Below, in pieces: positions 26,741 through 39,540 of a stretch of 64,000 bases of DNA. Source of the DNA: Vicugna vicugna (Eukaryota). The translations under genes were made by a program, and so were the position numbers. The DNA is taken from positions 446,419 through 510,418 of the forward strand of contig MU058198.1 of the NCBI GenBank assembly GCA_013265495.1, in the 5' to 3' direction. Position 1 is the stretch's first letter. Every line of letters starts with the position of its first letter. The notes under the pieces are model-generated. The model saw only the letters and a program-made list of their open reading frames with translations. It had not been told where the DNA came from and did no database searches.

Positions 26741-28726
26741 CATTCAACTGTATTCAGTCAACAAATACTGAGTGTCTGCTGCATGCCAGGCTCTGTCCTG
26801 GACCCTGGGGATGCATCAGAGAACAGAACAGATGAAAGTTCCCGCCCTGAAAAGCTTGCATTCCTGTGCAGGGAAGCAGACAGGACACACATGCTCCTCT
26901 AATGTGTCAGGAGGAAATGAGTGCTTTGGGAGAAAATAAGCAGGAAAGGATAAGAACCCGGCTGGGGGTAAGATGCAGATGAAACTAGAGTGATAAGGTC
27001 TAGGATGTTTGTCCTGAAAGAGATGAGGTAGTCATTTATGTGGATCTCTGAGGGAATGTTGTTCCAGGAAGCCCCAAGTGCCACAGCCCTGGGGCAGGAC
27101 AGTGGACAGTGCTGGACTGAGTGCTCTAGAACAAGGAAAGGCCAGTGCGATGAAGCTGAGTGAGCGAGGTGGGGCACAGTGGGGCATGAGGTGAGAGGGG
27201 AGATGGGGCAGAGCACCGAGGGCCTCTCAGGCCACTGCAGGGACTTTGGCCTTTGCTCTGGGTCAGGTGGTAGCCACTGAAGGGATGTGAGCAGAGGAGG
27301 GGCAGGATCTGACTGTATCTTATCAGCATCATTCTGACTGCTGGCTTGAGAATAAGCTGTGGAGGGACAAGGACGGATGCAGGGAGACCATGAAGAGGCC
27401 AGTGCAGTAATCAGGAGATGCTGGGGCCTGGACCAGGGAGGAGGCAGTGTGGAAACAGTGGGAAGTGATCAGATTCTGGGCATAACTTAAAGACTGGGCC
27501 ACCAGGATTTGCTGACAGAGCAGATGAGAGGAGTAAAAATAGAAAAAACATCGATGACTTCTCTAAGGTTCCTGAGCTGAGCAACCACCTGGAAGGATGG
27601 AGCTGCTATTTCCTGAGAGTGGAAATTGAGGGAAGAACGGGTCAGAGAAGGGACCCGCGGGGGTCAATTTTAGCTTTGATGGATTTGGGATGCACCCTGC
27701 TTTTAAGTGGGAAGATGGATTCTGATTCTGAAAGTTCACATTGCAAAAGAGTAAGCTTACAGAAATGGGAGGAATTTGTGATTGTTTTTGCAATGTATCA
27801 GAAGATGTAATTAAGTTTAATTTTATTTAACAAGAAGTTATATAACTCTTAGCATATGGTGGGTACTGTATATACACTATAACTTACTGTATATGCTACC
27901 TCAGTAGCTCCTCGTGACAGCCCTATGTTGTAGGTCTTGTTAGTGTCCCCATTTTACAGATAAGGAAACTGAGGCATGGAGATTAACTAACTTGCCCAAG
28001 ATTATGAAGCTGGTAAGGATATAGCAGAGCTGGAATTTGAACCCAAGCAGTCTGGTTCAAAATTTGTGCACTTAATATTTTTGTTAATGAATTAAGTGAA
28101 TTAATATTCAGTGCGTGTTGGCTGCTACTGTCATCAATATCATTGATTTTATCACAAAGCAGGAAAGTTCATGAGAACTGCACTATATAAAACAAATTCA
28201 GACTCATCATGTGACCTGTTGCCCTGGGGTCTTTACACAGGCTGCTCCCACTGTAGTGCTGCCCTGCCCCCAACCCCTGCCTCCTGTTTGACTCCAAGTC
28301 TAGCTGATGCATCAGCTCCTTACAGAAGCCTTCTTGGACACCCAGTAAACACTCCCTCCCCGACTAATTTTACATTCTTACAGCATCACATACCCTGTCT
28401 TTGTTGCAGTAATCACAACTGCATTTACATCATTGTACGATTTTAAAAATTGTGGTAAAAAACATGTAACATTAAATTTGCCATCATAGCCATTTTTAAG
28501 TTCGGTAGTTATTGCTGAATAACTGAATTACTGCCTTACTGAATAACTGAATATTAGTGATGTTGAGCATCTTTTCTCATGGCTCATTGGCCGTTTGTAT
28601 ATATCTTCTCTGCAGAAATATCTATTCAGTCCTTCGCCCATTTTTAAATCTGGCTGTTTGTTTCTTGCTGTTGTGGTGGTGGTGGTTGAGTTGTAGGAGT
28701 TCTTTATCTGTTCTGGATATTAACTC

Positions 28727-28816
28727 ATTTTGATGGCAGTGCGGGGGGTAGAGCTGAGGACCTCGTGCATGCTTACTAAGCATGTGCTCTGCCGCTGAAC
28801 TATTACCCCCCACCTC
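28727..28816 (-). mobile_element. tRNA-derived SINE inside an old L1 fragment
   Basis: TSD ATATTAACTC at 28717 and 28817. Confidence 0.85.
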
Positions 28817-28993
28817 ATATTAACTCTTTATTAAGATATGATTTGCAAATATCTCCCTCCATTCCTTAGGTTGCTTTTTCTAGTCATTGTGCGTCTTATT
28901 TAACAGACCTCACTCACCTGACCTGACTGTTGGCTCTATGAGGCCACTGGCAGTATCTGTTTTGCTCTCCACTCTATTCCCTCAGTGTCCAGT

Positions 28994-29419
28994 TGCTGGA
29001 GGAGGTCATGGAGAGGGCATGACCACACATGTCTAGAGAGCTGGACCCCGGCAGCTGGAGGCTCCTGGTCTTCTCCCCTGTCCTTGCAATGTACGTTCTG
29101 CCCACCCATCCCATGGTAGGAGCCGGTTTCAGGAAGTCAGGCTTGACGGAGTAAGGTGGTGTTGAGACTACGTTGTTGAGACTGTTGGACAGTGTACCTG
29201 CCTGAATCCTGTTAAGAACTCTCTATAAGCTAAGATTCTGGCTGATGCGTGCAGAGATCTGCAGCACCCAAGACAAGACGCGTATGTAGTTTCTCTTGCT
29301 TGTTAAACCCCCCTACCAATCTGAGTGAACTGCTCCTCTCTCTGGCCTCTTCTTGCCCTCGGGGTGCCGGCCCCAGTTTTAGATTTCACCCGGCGAGCTC
29401 CTGAGTTTGTGAACCAACA
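28994..29419 (+). mobile_element. Solo LTR inserted in an L2 tail
   Basis: TG...CAACA ends, TSD CCAGT/CAAGT, TATAA at about 29224. Confidence 0.65.
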
Positions 29420-29829
29420 CAAGTGTCATGCCTGGTACATTTGGTTTCTCTCCAAATGTTTCCTGAAGGAAATAAGAAAGGGCTGAATAAATTCTAGAAG
29501 GGAGAACTAAGAGAGGTATTTGGGAACACCCTATTGGGTCCTGCCCATGATAAATAAGCACTATCCAATAGAAATGTATTAGGAGACACATAATTTAACA
29601 TTTTCTTGTAGCTGTGTTTTAGAAAAGGAGAAACAGGTGAAATTAACTTTAATAATAATTTCATTTAAAAAACTATGTCCAAAATATTATAAATTTAACA
29701 TCCAATTTAACACTTGTTAATGAGGTTTTTTTTTAATATAATAATATTCCTACGGCTTAAAAACATTGCTGTCTTTGGAGCCACAATTTCAAGTGCTCAA
29801 TAACATGTTGCTAGTGGCCAACGTCTTGC

Positions 29830-30730
29830 AGAGCGTGGCGCTACCCCGTGCGCCCTCGGATCCCCTGCGTGCCCGCAGCATCCAAGCCGGCGCGCGGCAT
29901 CTGGTGGGTGCCCTCGGTAAGGTGTGCTCAGTGGAAGGAAAGAATGAATGCAGACTCGAGGCAATGAATAGAGGTCTCGGATGCCAACAGCTGTACTAGC
30001 CCAACTCTCGCAGGAACCTGGCTTGATTCCACGAAGAAAGTGATCAGCCCTCCAGGCAGGAAGTGCGCCGCGGGTGCCCGGGTCCCTGTCGCTGACGCGC
30101 CCCGCGGGCGAGCAGACGTGGCAGCAGCCGGAGCGCGGGTGCGGGGAGAGGCGGACTCGCCAGGACGCGGGACCCGCGCTGGAACTGCCTTCCAAGGTAT
30201 CCGCCGAGTCCGGGCGGCGTGGACGAGCCCCTTCCCCGGCTCCGAGAGGGGATCGATGAGCCCCGGCGGGGTACGTCCCCAACGCGCGGCTGCAGCGAGG
30301 TGGCCTGGGGTGGCAGTCGTGGCGGGGCTCGGAGAGCGAGCTGGAGTGGGAAAGGAGAACTGAGGGGAGAATTACCCGGGGGCGGCGGGATCGAGACAGC
30401 GGCTCCAGCTCGCAGTCCTGCGCTGAGAAAGTTTCCGAGGGGTGTGCCGTCCGCCGCCTGGGGCAGCCCGCCTCGCAGCGGCACAGGGAAAAGGCAATCG
30501 CACGCCATGTTCCCCGCGCTCACTCAGCCTTGCTTCGCTTGGCGCCGCGATGCGGCTCAGCGCGCGGGCGATGCGGTTCAGCGCGCGGGCTATGGAATCA
30601 CGCGGTTTATGCTCTGTGCGCCTTTGGTTAAACTACTTACCTTCTCTGGGCTCCAGTTTCCATCTCTGTTTAAAAAAAAATGCTAAAAATAGGACGTCCC
30701 TCATAGGGTTTTTGTGCGCCTTCGGTGTGC
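29830..30730 (+). promoter_or_regulatory. TMC5: CpG island, probable TMC5 long-isoform promoter
   Basis: CpG-dense block upstream of the TMC5 coding exons. ETS site CAGGAAGTG at about 30057; plus-strand donor CAAG|GTATCC at 30197. Confidence 0.75.
30060..30196 (+). other. TMC5: Candidate TMC5 non-coding exon 1 (start approximate)
   Basis: Lies in the CpG island and ends at AAG|GTATCC. Inference only; no transcript evidence. Confidence 0.45.
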
Positions 30731-31463
30731 TGGGAATCCAAGAATTGCTTCCGAAATATTAGACTTCGTCATTTCCCCTGGAATGATCTCCGGAGAGTGG
30801 GTCTCCTGGTCCCGTTTTCCCCATGAGGAGATTGGGCCTCAGACAGATTAATTTGTCCACAGCAATTAGATGGAAATACCAGGATTTGAAACCAGGAAGT
30901 TCAACTCTGCAGACTGGACTCTAACATCTAATTCAGGTCCCACTATTTCCTAGAAGGAAGAAGGAGAGGTGAGGACAAACTGCTTCTGAGACCCCGCCCC
31001 CCCGTCTGTGAAATGCATATAATAGTACCTAACCTGTGGGGTTACTGTGAGCATTAACTAAGCTATTATGCAAGTGCCTCCCTGCTAAAGTGTGCATGCC
31101 ACCAGGGTAGGATTTTTTCCCCCTGTTTTGTTTGCAGATACATCCCAAGTGCCTGGCACATAGTAGATGCTCCATAAATACTTACCAAATGAATAAGGAA
31201 CACATATTACTTTTTAGCCTTACAGCAATCCTTGCTAGTTCCATACTGCTGAAGAAGAAACTGAGGTTCAGAGAGGTTAGGTAACCCGGGGGATGCCACA
31301 GCAGTGGTTGGTAAAGGAGTCAACATTTGAACTCAGATCCATTTGGTCATAAAGTCTGTGTGGTCCTGATGCCCAATCCAGGTTTCATCACCTCCTGGTG
31401 GGGTGAGTATGGCAAGCTATTTAACTCTTTTGTGCCTCAATTTCCTTATCCCTAAAATGGGAA

Positions 31464-31909
31464 TGTTGCCTAATGCAAGTTAGTGTCCCCAACACACCAT
31501 GAAGCCAAACAAACTGAAACGACAAAGTTTGGAGCAGAGAAAGGTTTACTACAGGGTCACATGAGGAGGAGAAGTGGTTCGTGCTCAAGAAAACCCCAAA
31601 CCCCCTGAAGTGTTTCAGCAAAGCATATTTGAAGGCCAGGTAAGGGAGTGGGTGGATTGCAATTCTCTGACTGGTTGATGTTAAGGTAACAGAGCGGTCA
31701 ACACTATCAACTCCTAAGTGCCAGGAGGCCTGGGGGCCACGTGCTCTTGATCATCAAGTAGTTAATTTCTTCCCTTTGATGTTGGTTTTAACATCTGAAA
31801 AACTCAGGAAATATACCTGTGATCTGGGTACTTCAGAGAGGAGCTACAGGAGAGGATATGGGGGAGGGGTCTGTCCCGGGAAGGTCCTACAGGGTCCTGT
31901 TCAGTTACA
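31464..31909 (-). mobile_element. Solo ERV LTR inserted in a MIR
   Basis: TG...CA ends, approximate TSD GGAA/GGGA, splits a MIR; similar to the element at 63686 onward. Confidence 0.75.
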
Positions 31910-33984
31910 GGGACAATGATGGTACCTACCACAAATGGTTTTTGTCTGGTTGAAATAAAGATAAAGCTCTCAGAACAGTGCCTGGCACTTAGCAGGTACC
32001 CAGTAAACACTGGCTACTGCAAATGCTATGACTGCCCACTACAAAGTGGAGGGGACCACACAGCAGGCATGACTGGTTAGAGAAGGCAGAGGGGAGACGG
32101 AAGGGGAGAGGAGGTGACCAAGGACCTTTCCTGTCTTCTGTGTAGTCCACAGAACCAGGCCCCTGTTCGTCCTCTGGAACATTCCTGAGCAGCCCCCCAC
32201 ACTCAGTGCAGAGGGAGGGGTGTCCCCCAATATCCCACACTCCACCTCTTGTACATGGAAGCTGTCGTGAGGACCTGCTACCGTTCTGTTACACAAAGGA
32301 GGCACTAAGTCCTCTCTACTTCAGTTGATTCCCGGTTGCAGCCCATGAGGCTTTTGGAGGGAGGATTTCAGATGGCAAGGACAGTTACGTGGTGTTCATT
32401 CTAGCGAGACCTGGTTTCAGATGTCATCGCCAAGTAATTCCCAGCTCTGGGACTTGAGCAAATCCATTTTTGAGCCTCAGCTCCCTCATCTGTAGAATGG
32501 GCACTATAGTAAGACCTCATAGGGTTGTTGGGAGGATAACCTGAACTGTCTCAAAAGCATCTGGCACAGTGTCTGGCACATGATAAGAGGCAGCTGTTGC
32601 TCGTATTATTTGACATGTGGTGCTCCTTTCTATTCCTGGCCGTAGGATCTGTTTCTGTGCAAATAAAACTCCCCAGGGAGGACTCAAGGATTTCCTTGAA
32701 CCCCTTCTCATCTACAGAATCCCCTTCCAGGGATCTCCACCCATCAAATCTTTGAAGAGTTTTGCGTTCTAATAGGGCAATTGCTGCCCTTAAGTGTGCC
32801 AGGGTAGTTTCCGGGGACAGCAAAGCTGGCATGTGGTCTCTGCTTGGGGAACTCCGTCCTTTGATGTGGGCACTTGGTAGGGTAGGGATCCTAGCCTTTT
32901 GGTATAATAACCAGAGTCCTTAACATTTCTTTTGCTTACTCGGTGCCAGGCATTGTGCTAAGCCCCAGCTCTAGGGATCTTTGGAAGCTGGGCTCCGGAG
33001 CCAGACTGCCTGATTCCAGCCCCGCCTCTGCCATTTTCTGGCCAAGTTACATAGCCTCTCTGTACTTCGAATGACTCATCTGCAAAATTAGACGGTTGTA
33101 ATGTACCTAATTCATAGGGCTGCCTTGAGGATGAAAGATAATCAACAAATACATGATGATAAGAACAATGATAAACGTTAGCCGCTTATATATTATAATT
33201 ATGTGCAATTTACAGCTGAGAAAACAGTCTCAGGGAAATTAACAAACAGTCCAATGCCATAGAGCTGTCCTTTCTTCTCTCGAAACTGTCCATATATTTC
33301 CATTTCCACTGCCATCATCTTAATTCATGCCTCCCTCTTTCCATGTCCAATTCCCTCATGGGGCTCCTTTCAAGGGTCCCTGCTTCCCAATATCTACTCC
33401 TTCCAGAAGGTTCCCCCTCTCTCTTCCCAAACTTTAGAGGTTCTTCAGTGACCTTGGAAATAGAATTCATCCCCTGGTGATAATCATTGTTTAGAGTTTC
33501 ATGTATGTTTCTCTACATTTTTCTCCCTTCCCCAGATAGCTAATTACTTTTATTGATCTTTAAAAAAAATCTAAAAAAAAAATCATATCTTCCAAATTAT
33601 GTGCAAGTCACAGCAGAAAGTTTTCAAATTTTAATTCATTTTTTGAATGTTGTACTTCCACATGGTATAAAATTGAAAAGATGTCTAAGCAAATATTGAA
33701 AAATCTCTCCCTCCATATCTGTCACCAGCCACCGGTTCCTCACTCCAGAAGCAACCATTATTGCCAATTTATAGTCTGCCTGCAGACAAAACAAGAAACA
33801 CATATTGTAGTTTATAGGGCAGAATATATGTGTCATAAATCACAAAATGTAAAAACATGGTATAGTGTCTAGAGGTGGGGAAATTGAGGGAGAGAAAAAC
33901 TTTATTAGAAGCTCCTTTCCTTGTCTCCTGCTGTGATGGGGTCGGGAGATGAGCGTGAGTCCATGCAACATCATTGAATTCCCA

Positions 33985-34214
33985 GCTGTGTCTCTCAACC
34001 AGGGATGGATTTGCCTTCCTGGGGACATTTACTCATTCCTGGGGACAGTTTTGGTTGTACCAGCTTGAGGGGATGGTGATGGGAAGGGTCCTACTGGCAT
34101 CCACTGAATAGAAGCCAGGGTTGCTCTTAAACATCCTCCAATACTCAGGGAAGCCCCCACAACAGGGAATTAATCTCACCCAAAGGTCAACAGTGCAGAG
34201 ACTGGGATGCCCTG
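33985..34214. mobile_element. MER20 (hAT-Charlie)
   Basis: TCTCAACCAGGG...GGGGACATTT...CTACTGGCATC..TAGAAGCCAGGG motifs. Confidence 0.8.
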
Positions 34215-34229
34215 ACTTATACTTACACA

Positions 34230-34855
34230 AGAATGACTGATTTGTCCTTGTGCCTCGAACCCCAGTTTGGCTCAGCTCCGTCTGCCTGGCAGACAAGACC
34301 CACAAACCAGGTATTTCCTGTGTCACAGGCTTCCAGGCATTATCATCTCACCCCAGGAATGATAGTTCTGGGGGCAAATAAAGCCATCTTCCTGGAGATC
34401 ACCCCCTACCTTCTCATTTTAAGGCCTTTCCTCTGATCAGACAATTCATAAAGCAAATATCTGTCTAAACAGAAGAAAATTCTCCTGGCCTTTGGAAAGC
34501 CACTATTTTGCATTTATTGGTGTGTGTGGGGTGCTGTTAATAACACATCAAAGGTTGGGACCAGTCACTATGGTCCTCCAATTCTTATGAATTATAGAAA
34601 TAGGATTTTCTTTTTTTCTTTTAATTGCTACCCACCCATATTCAAATGCCATAGGAAACTCGTTCTGGCATTTGTAAGTATGTGGAAGTCTTACCCAGCT
34701 CTAGATGTCTACTTCTGTCTTTCCATATCAGTAGAGTCCTGAAGATGACCTTTCCTGGAGGATAAGCATTCCTGCAGCTGGGGTTTCCCTCTGGGAACTT
34801 GAACCTTAGGTGGCTGTTAATAACCTGAGCATTAAAATGGTCCAATCTTTCTCAG
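34230..34855 (+). repeat. Left arm of an old inverted duplication
   Basis: Reverse-complement similarity to 36590-37150, including exact blocks of 32, 18 and 17 nt. Confidence 0.92.
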
Positions 34856-36589
34856 CGGTCAACCCAACACTTTCAGGAGGTAGAGTATATTGTTCCCATT
34901 TTGCAGATGAGAGGAGGAAAATTGAGTTTCAGAAGGGTAGACTTGTCTCAGAGAGATAGACTTGGTTCAGTGTGGTAGAATCATATAGTACTGGAGTCAG
35001 GATTCGATTCAAGTCAGCCTTGAGTGTGAGCTGGTTCCACACTGTCTGCCCTTTGTTCCTGGAAGAGACATGCCATCATACTTATGAAGTTAAAACTGTA
35101 AGGTTTGAATGTTGCCCCAGGGGCTGAATCTGCAGGACAAACTGGTCAGTACCTGAGGGTGTTGGCTACAGCATTATGTTCCAGAATGTTTTGTTATATA
35201 AAAGAAAAGAAGAAAAAGAAAAAAAAAAAACCTTACTAATTTCCTTATGGTGTCCAAGAAATAAAACAACCTCTAGAAAGAACTTTGATCTTTTTATTAC
35301 ACTAATGCTGAAAGAACATTAATGATAGGGTGGGGCTGGGGTTCAGGAAGAAAGAAATATACAATGTGGGCCCTGAGTTGGGCTTTTGTTTCTTCAGACC
35401 CAGCACACAGAGGCCATGGTGCAGCCATGAAGTTGGAGGTCAAGGGCTGATCTGCGTTTAATGGGTGAGACTCAGTTATTCATTGGCCGACAGGGGAGCG
35501 ATGATAACCAGAGTGGCATAAAACTGTCAAGAGCTAGTAAACATCCCTCCTCGGGAAGCCAGTGGCATGACCAAGAGAGCAAGCAGGGATTTGTTTAAGT
35601 CAGAGAAAGATGGGCCTTATGGATTAGTAAGAAAAAGATGCCCTGCTGTCTCTGCAGAGTGAAGAGGAAATGGCTGTGGATTCCTACGGGATGGCGAGCA
35701 GGTAACAGAAGGTGCTTTGAGGGAGGGATGAGGGTCACAGAAATGATGGCGAACCCTTGAGTCTGTCATGGGAGGAGACTGAAACTGGAGCTGTCCTGTT
35801 GCTTAGCACCAGATGTTATGTACAGAATAAAAACACAATAAATACTTGTTAGAGGAAAGAATGACTGTGGGCAAATGGGGGGCAAATGAGTGTGTTAGCT
35901 GTAAGACAAAGCTCTAGAGCTGGCTGCCTGAACTGGAATCCGAGCTTCCCCAGGTCCTCACTGTGAGACTGTAGGTGAGTTGGACCTTTCTGGCCTCGGT
36001 TTGCTCATCTGTAGAATGAATGGTATGCTAAGAGCTCCCACATCCAAGAATGGCTGTCAGGGCTAATCAGAAAGCAGACAATAAATGTTACTTCTTCCTT
36101 CTTATTCTTCTCTTCTTTTTCTGATAATGATGATGATGGTGATGATGATCAAAATTCAGACAGAGAAGCAAGTGTTTGAATCCACTGTTCTGTCTGTTTA
36201 ACTGTGTGACCTTGGGCAAATTACTTAACCTCTCTGAGCCTCAGTGGAATTATCATAAAGTACGGATAGTAAAACATCTCCATAAAATTGCTTGTGATTC
36301 AACTGCTAATACATGTGAAGGGTGTAGCATGGTGCCTGGTGCTCAGTTAGGCTCTCAACAAACAGTGCTGTCTTTTTCCTTATTATTACTGTTATTGTTT
36401 GACTAGACTCCTTCTGCTTTGGGAAGGGGAGGAGGAGCTCGGTGGAGATGGATGTCAAGGCAGGGGGTTTAGAGTCCTGTTTTGCCAGGAAGGGTCCCCT
36501 CCCCAGAGGCAAGTTCAGGTTGAACTTTCTAAAAGATCAGTGACTCACACGATGGGCCACGTTTGACAGGCGCTCCGGAAATGGAGTGC

Positions 36590-37150
36590 GAGGAGATTGC
36601 ACTATATTCCTGCTCTGGTTATTTCCCAGGCACCAGGGATTCAGTGCTTCTAGAGATAAGCCCATGCTGATGGAATGCTAATCAGATGGCCATTTCTAGG
36701 AAAGACACACATTATAGGGAAAGAAATAAGAGACTGGGTAAAAGGTCTGGGTTTTTACCAGCCCAAACAAACAAGTTATGCTTTCTATGGCATTTGAACC
36801 TGGGTGGGTAGCACTTGAAAGAAAAAAGACCTATTTCTATAATTCACAAGAAGAACTGGGGACCACAGTTACTGTTCCCAGTATTTCCTGTATTAGCATT
36901 CCCAATAAATGCAAAATAGTGGCTTTCCAAAGGACAGGCAAAATTTTCTCCTGTAGTAGAGACTTGACTTATAAATTGATTTATAAAAGAAGGTCTTAAA
37001 ATGAGAGGAGGTAGGCTGTGTCTCCAGCAAGGTGGCTTTATTTGCCCCCAAAACTGTCATCTCAGCAGGGAACACCTGGATGGTGGGGTCCTGCCTGCCA
37101 GGCAGCGCGGAACTCAGCCAAATCGGAGCCTAAGGGCAAATTAGTAATCC
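36590..37150 (-). repeat. Right arm of an old inverted duplication
   Basis: Partner of 34230-34855. Confidence 0.92.
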
Positions 37151-37326
37151 TGACCTGTCTTTATTGAAAATGTTCATATTTGTTCATCTTGGACTTCTGC
37201 ATTTTTCCTACTTTAAAAAATATTTCCTACTTTAAAATTATTTATTTTCATTATGGGGATTTTGGGCACCCCTTAAATTTGCATCCCAGGCAAGAACCTC
37301 ACTCCCTCCCACTATTCCTGGCCCTG
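37103..37326 (-). mobile_element. Non-autonomous hAT element (MER96B-like)
   Basis: Minus strand CAGGGCC...AAATTTAAGGGGTGCC...ATAAAGACAGG..GATTACTAATTT...GGCTCC; family name from memory. Confidence 0.65.
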
Positions 37327-38863
37327 CTGCAAATAGCACTGAATCTAGAAACTTCCCAAGCTTAATTTTGTACTTAACCAACATAGGCAAAAAGGTGACC
37401 ACGTTCAAGATGTGAATATGGAACAAACAAGTTGAAAAAGAGAGAATTCATTTCCCTCAGAGGAGGGGACATTTACGATACTGTATTCCACTCCTTACTG
37501 GCTGTGTTTCCTGGCCGAGTTACTTAACCTCTCTGTGCCTTTGTATCCGTCTCAGTAGAATAAGGCTAATAATAGCACCTATTGCTAAGGCTACGGTAAG
37601 GACTTAGTGGGCTAACACCTGTCAGGTTCCCATTAACAGTGTCTGGCACATACATATTCATTGGTTTGCTATTATTGGTTTCAGGTTCTCATTTCTTGTC
37701 TGCAAAACTGAGGACAATAATACTTAGATTGTGTTACATAATGTTTGTTTAGATAGGCGTTATGATAGGACTGTTACAGAGATTTGAATTAGTCTGATTA
37801 AGAACTAAGCTTCTAGTCCTAGAGGTGGATCCAGAAAGGGATTCTTTTTCTTCTAAAAGAGGCGGCTTGACACAGACTCAGAAAAGTGTGGGGTGAAGTT
37901 CAACCTCGCTTCACTGCCCTTCCTGGCTTTGTGAGACCCAGTGGTAGAGAAAAGGGAGGATTCCCTGCTCTGGGCGGGATTCTGAGCACATTGACAGTGG
38001 GGAAGGGGAAGAGGAGGGGTCCCCAGGAAGTGGGATAGCAGAATCGTCCACTCCTTCCCGCAGGTCTCAGCGGGTGCAGGAACCGTGATGGGCACCTCGT
38101 GTTGTGTCCACCTCTCCTAGAAAGGGGTCCTTGTTCTTCCGAGACAGCCTGGGGCTGTCCAGCCAGGCAGGAAGGCGCAAGCTGCCAAGGCACCAGCAAC
38201 CCACACATGTCCTCCTCCCACTTCTCCTGCCCCTCACTTCTCTGCCTGCCCCTCACAGCCTCCATTCATGGGCTGACCTGCAGGGATTTGCCAACCTTGG
38301 TGCATAGAGGAATCATCTGGGAAACCTGATAAAAATGCAGATTCCTGAGTCCCACCCCAGACCCCACTGCATCAAAACTTCTGGAGATGGGACCTGAGCT
38401 AGGGTGGTTTTCCCAGGACTGACAGGGTTCCTAGGACACTGAACTTCCAGTGCTAAAATTGAGAAAGTTTGGGGCAAACTGGAACACGCTGGTCACCTGA
38501 CCATCTACAGGCCCCCATCTCCAGCAAGCTCCCGGGTGGCTCTCGTGAACCCCCAGCCTGATGCTCCCGATACACACAGATCAGTGATGCTTTCAATGCT
38601 GGAGTCCCTTTAAGCTCTGCCCTTCACTCTCTATTCCTTCCCTAGACCTGCACCAGGGGCCCCATAGCTATTTATGATTATTTACACTAACGTTAGTTAA
38701 AATTAAATAAAATTAAAAATTCAGCTCCTCAGTTGCACTAGCGACATTCTTAGGGGCGAGGTGGTAACTAGCTACATTTTAAGGACTCAGGAGACACATG
38801 TGGCTAGCGGCTGCCATATTGGACAGTGCCGTATAGAACAATTCCGTCATCATGAAAAGTCTA

Positions 38864-39346
38864 CAGGCATTTTATCATGCTTTGCAGATAATTGCTTTTT
38901 TTCTTCTTTTTTTACAAATTGAAGATTTGTGGCAACCCTGCATCGAGCAAGTCTATTGGCACCATTTTCCCAACAGCATTTGCTCATTGTTTCTGTGTCA
39001 CATTTTGGTAATTCTTGCAATATTCCAAACCTTTTCATGATTAGTTTATTAGTTACAGTGTGATCTATGATCAGTGATCTCTGATGTTACTATTGCAAAA
39101 AGATTAAGACTCACTGAAGATTCAGAAAATGGTTAGTACTTTTAGCAATAAAGTATTTTAAAATTAAGATATGTATATTGTTTTTTTAGACATAATGCTA
39201 TCACACACTTACTAGGAGAAAGTATATGTAAACATAACTTTTATAGCTCTGGGAAACCAAACAATTCACATGACTCACTTTATTATGATATTCCCTTTAC
39301 TGCAGTGGTCTGGAACCAAATTCACAGTGTCTCTGAGGTCTGCCTG
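38864..39346 (+). mobile_element. Tigger1 deletion derivative (TcMar)
   Basis: TA TSD, CAGGCA...TGCCTG ends; second copy of the 1491-1905 element. Confidence 0.85.
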
Positions 39347-39540
39347 TATCGGACAGTATTGCCCTCAATGATCTTGAGATCTCCTTTCTCAAGCTGGTCA
39401 CTCCTGACATTTTGGGCCAGATGATTCTCTGTTGTGCTATCCTGTAGCATCGCAGGCTGTTTAGCAGCATCTCTGGCTGGTACCTAATAGTTGCCAATAT
39501 CACACTCCTCGCCCGAAATTGTGACAACCAAGAATGCCTC

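Noticed and set aside
29797..30762. ORFs of 100-161 aa on both strands in the second CpG island
   Set aside because: Low-complexity Arg/Gly/Pro/Ala translations typical of CpG islands, with no recognisable protein.
34233..37075. Similar short ORF peptides in the inverted-repeat arms (VLGANKA.LE)
   Set aside because: Similarity follows from the DNA duplication; reading frames are not preserved across indels and I found no convincing splice sites.
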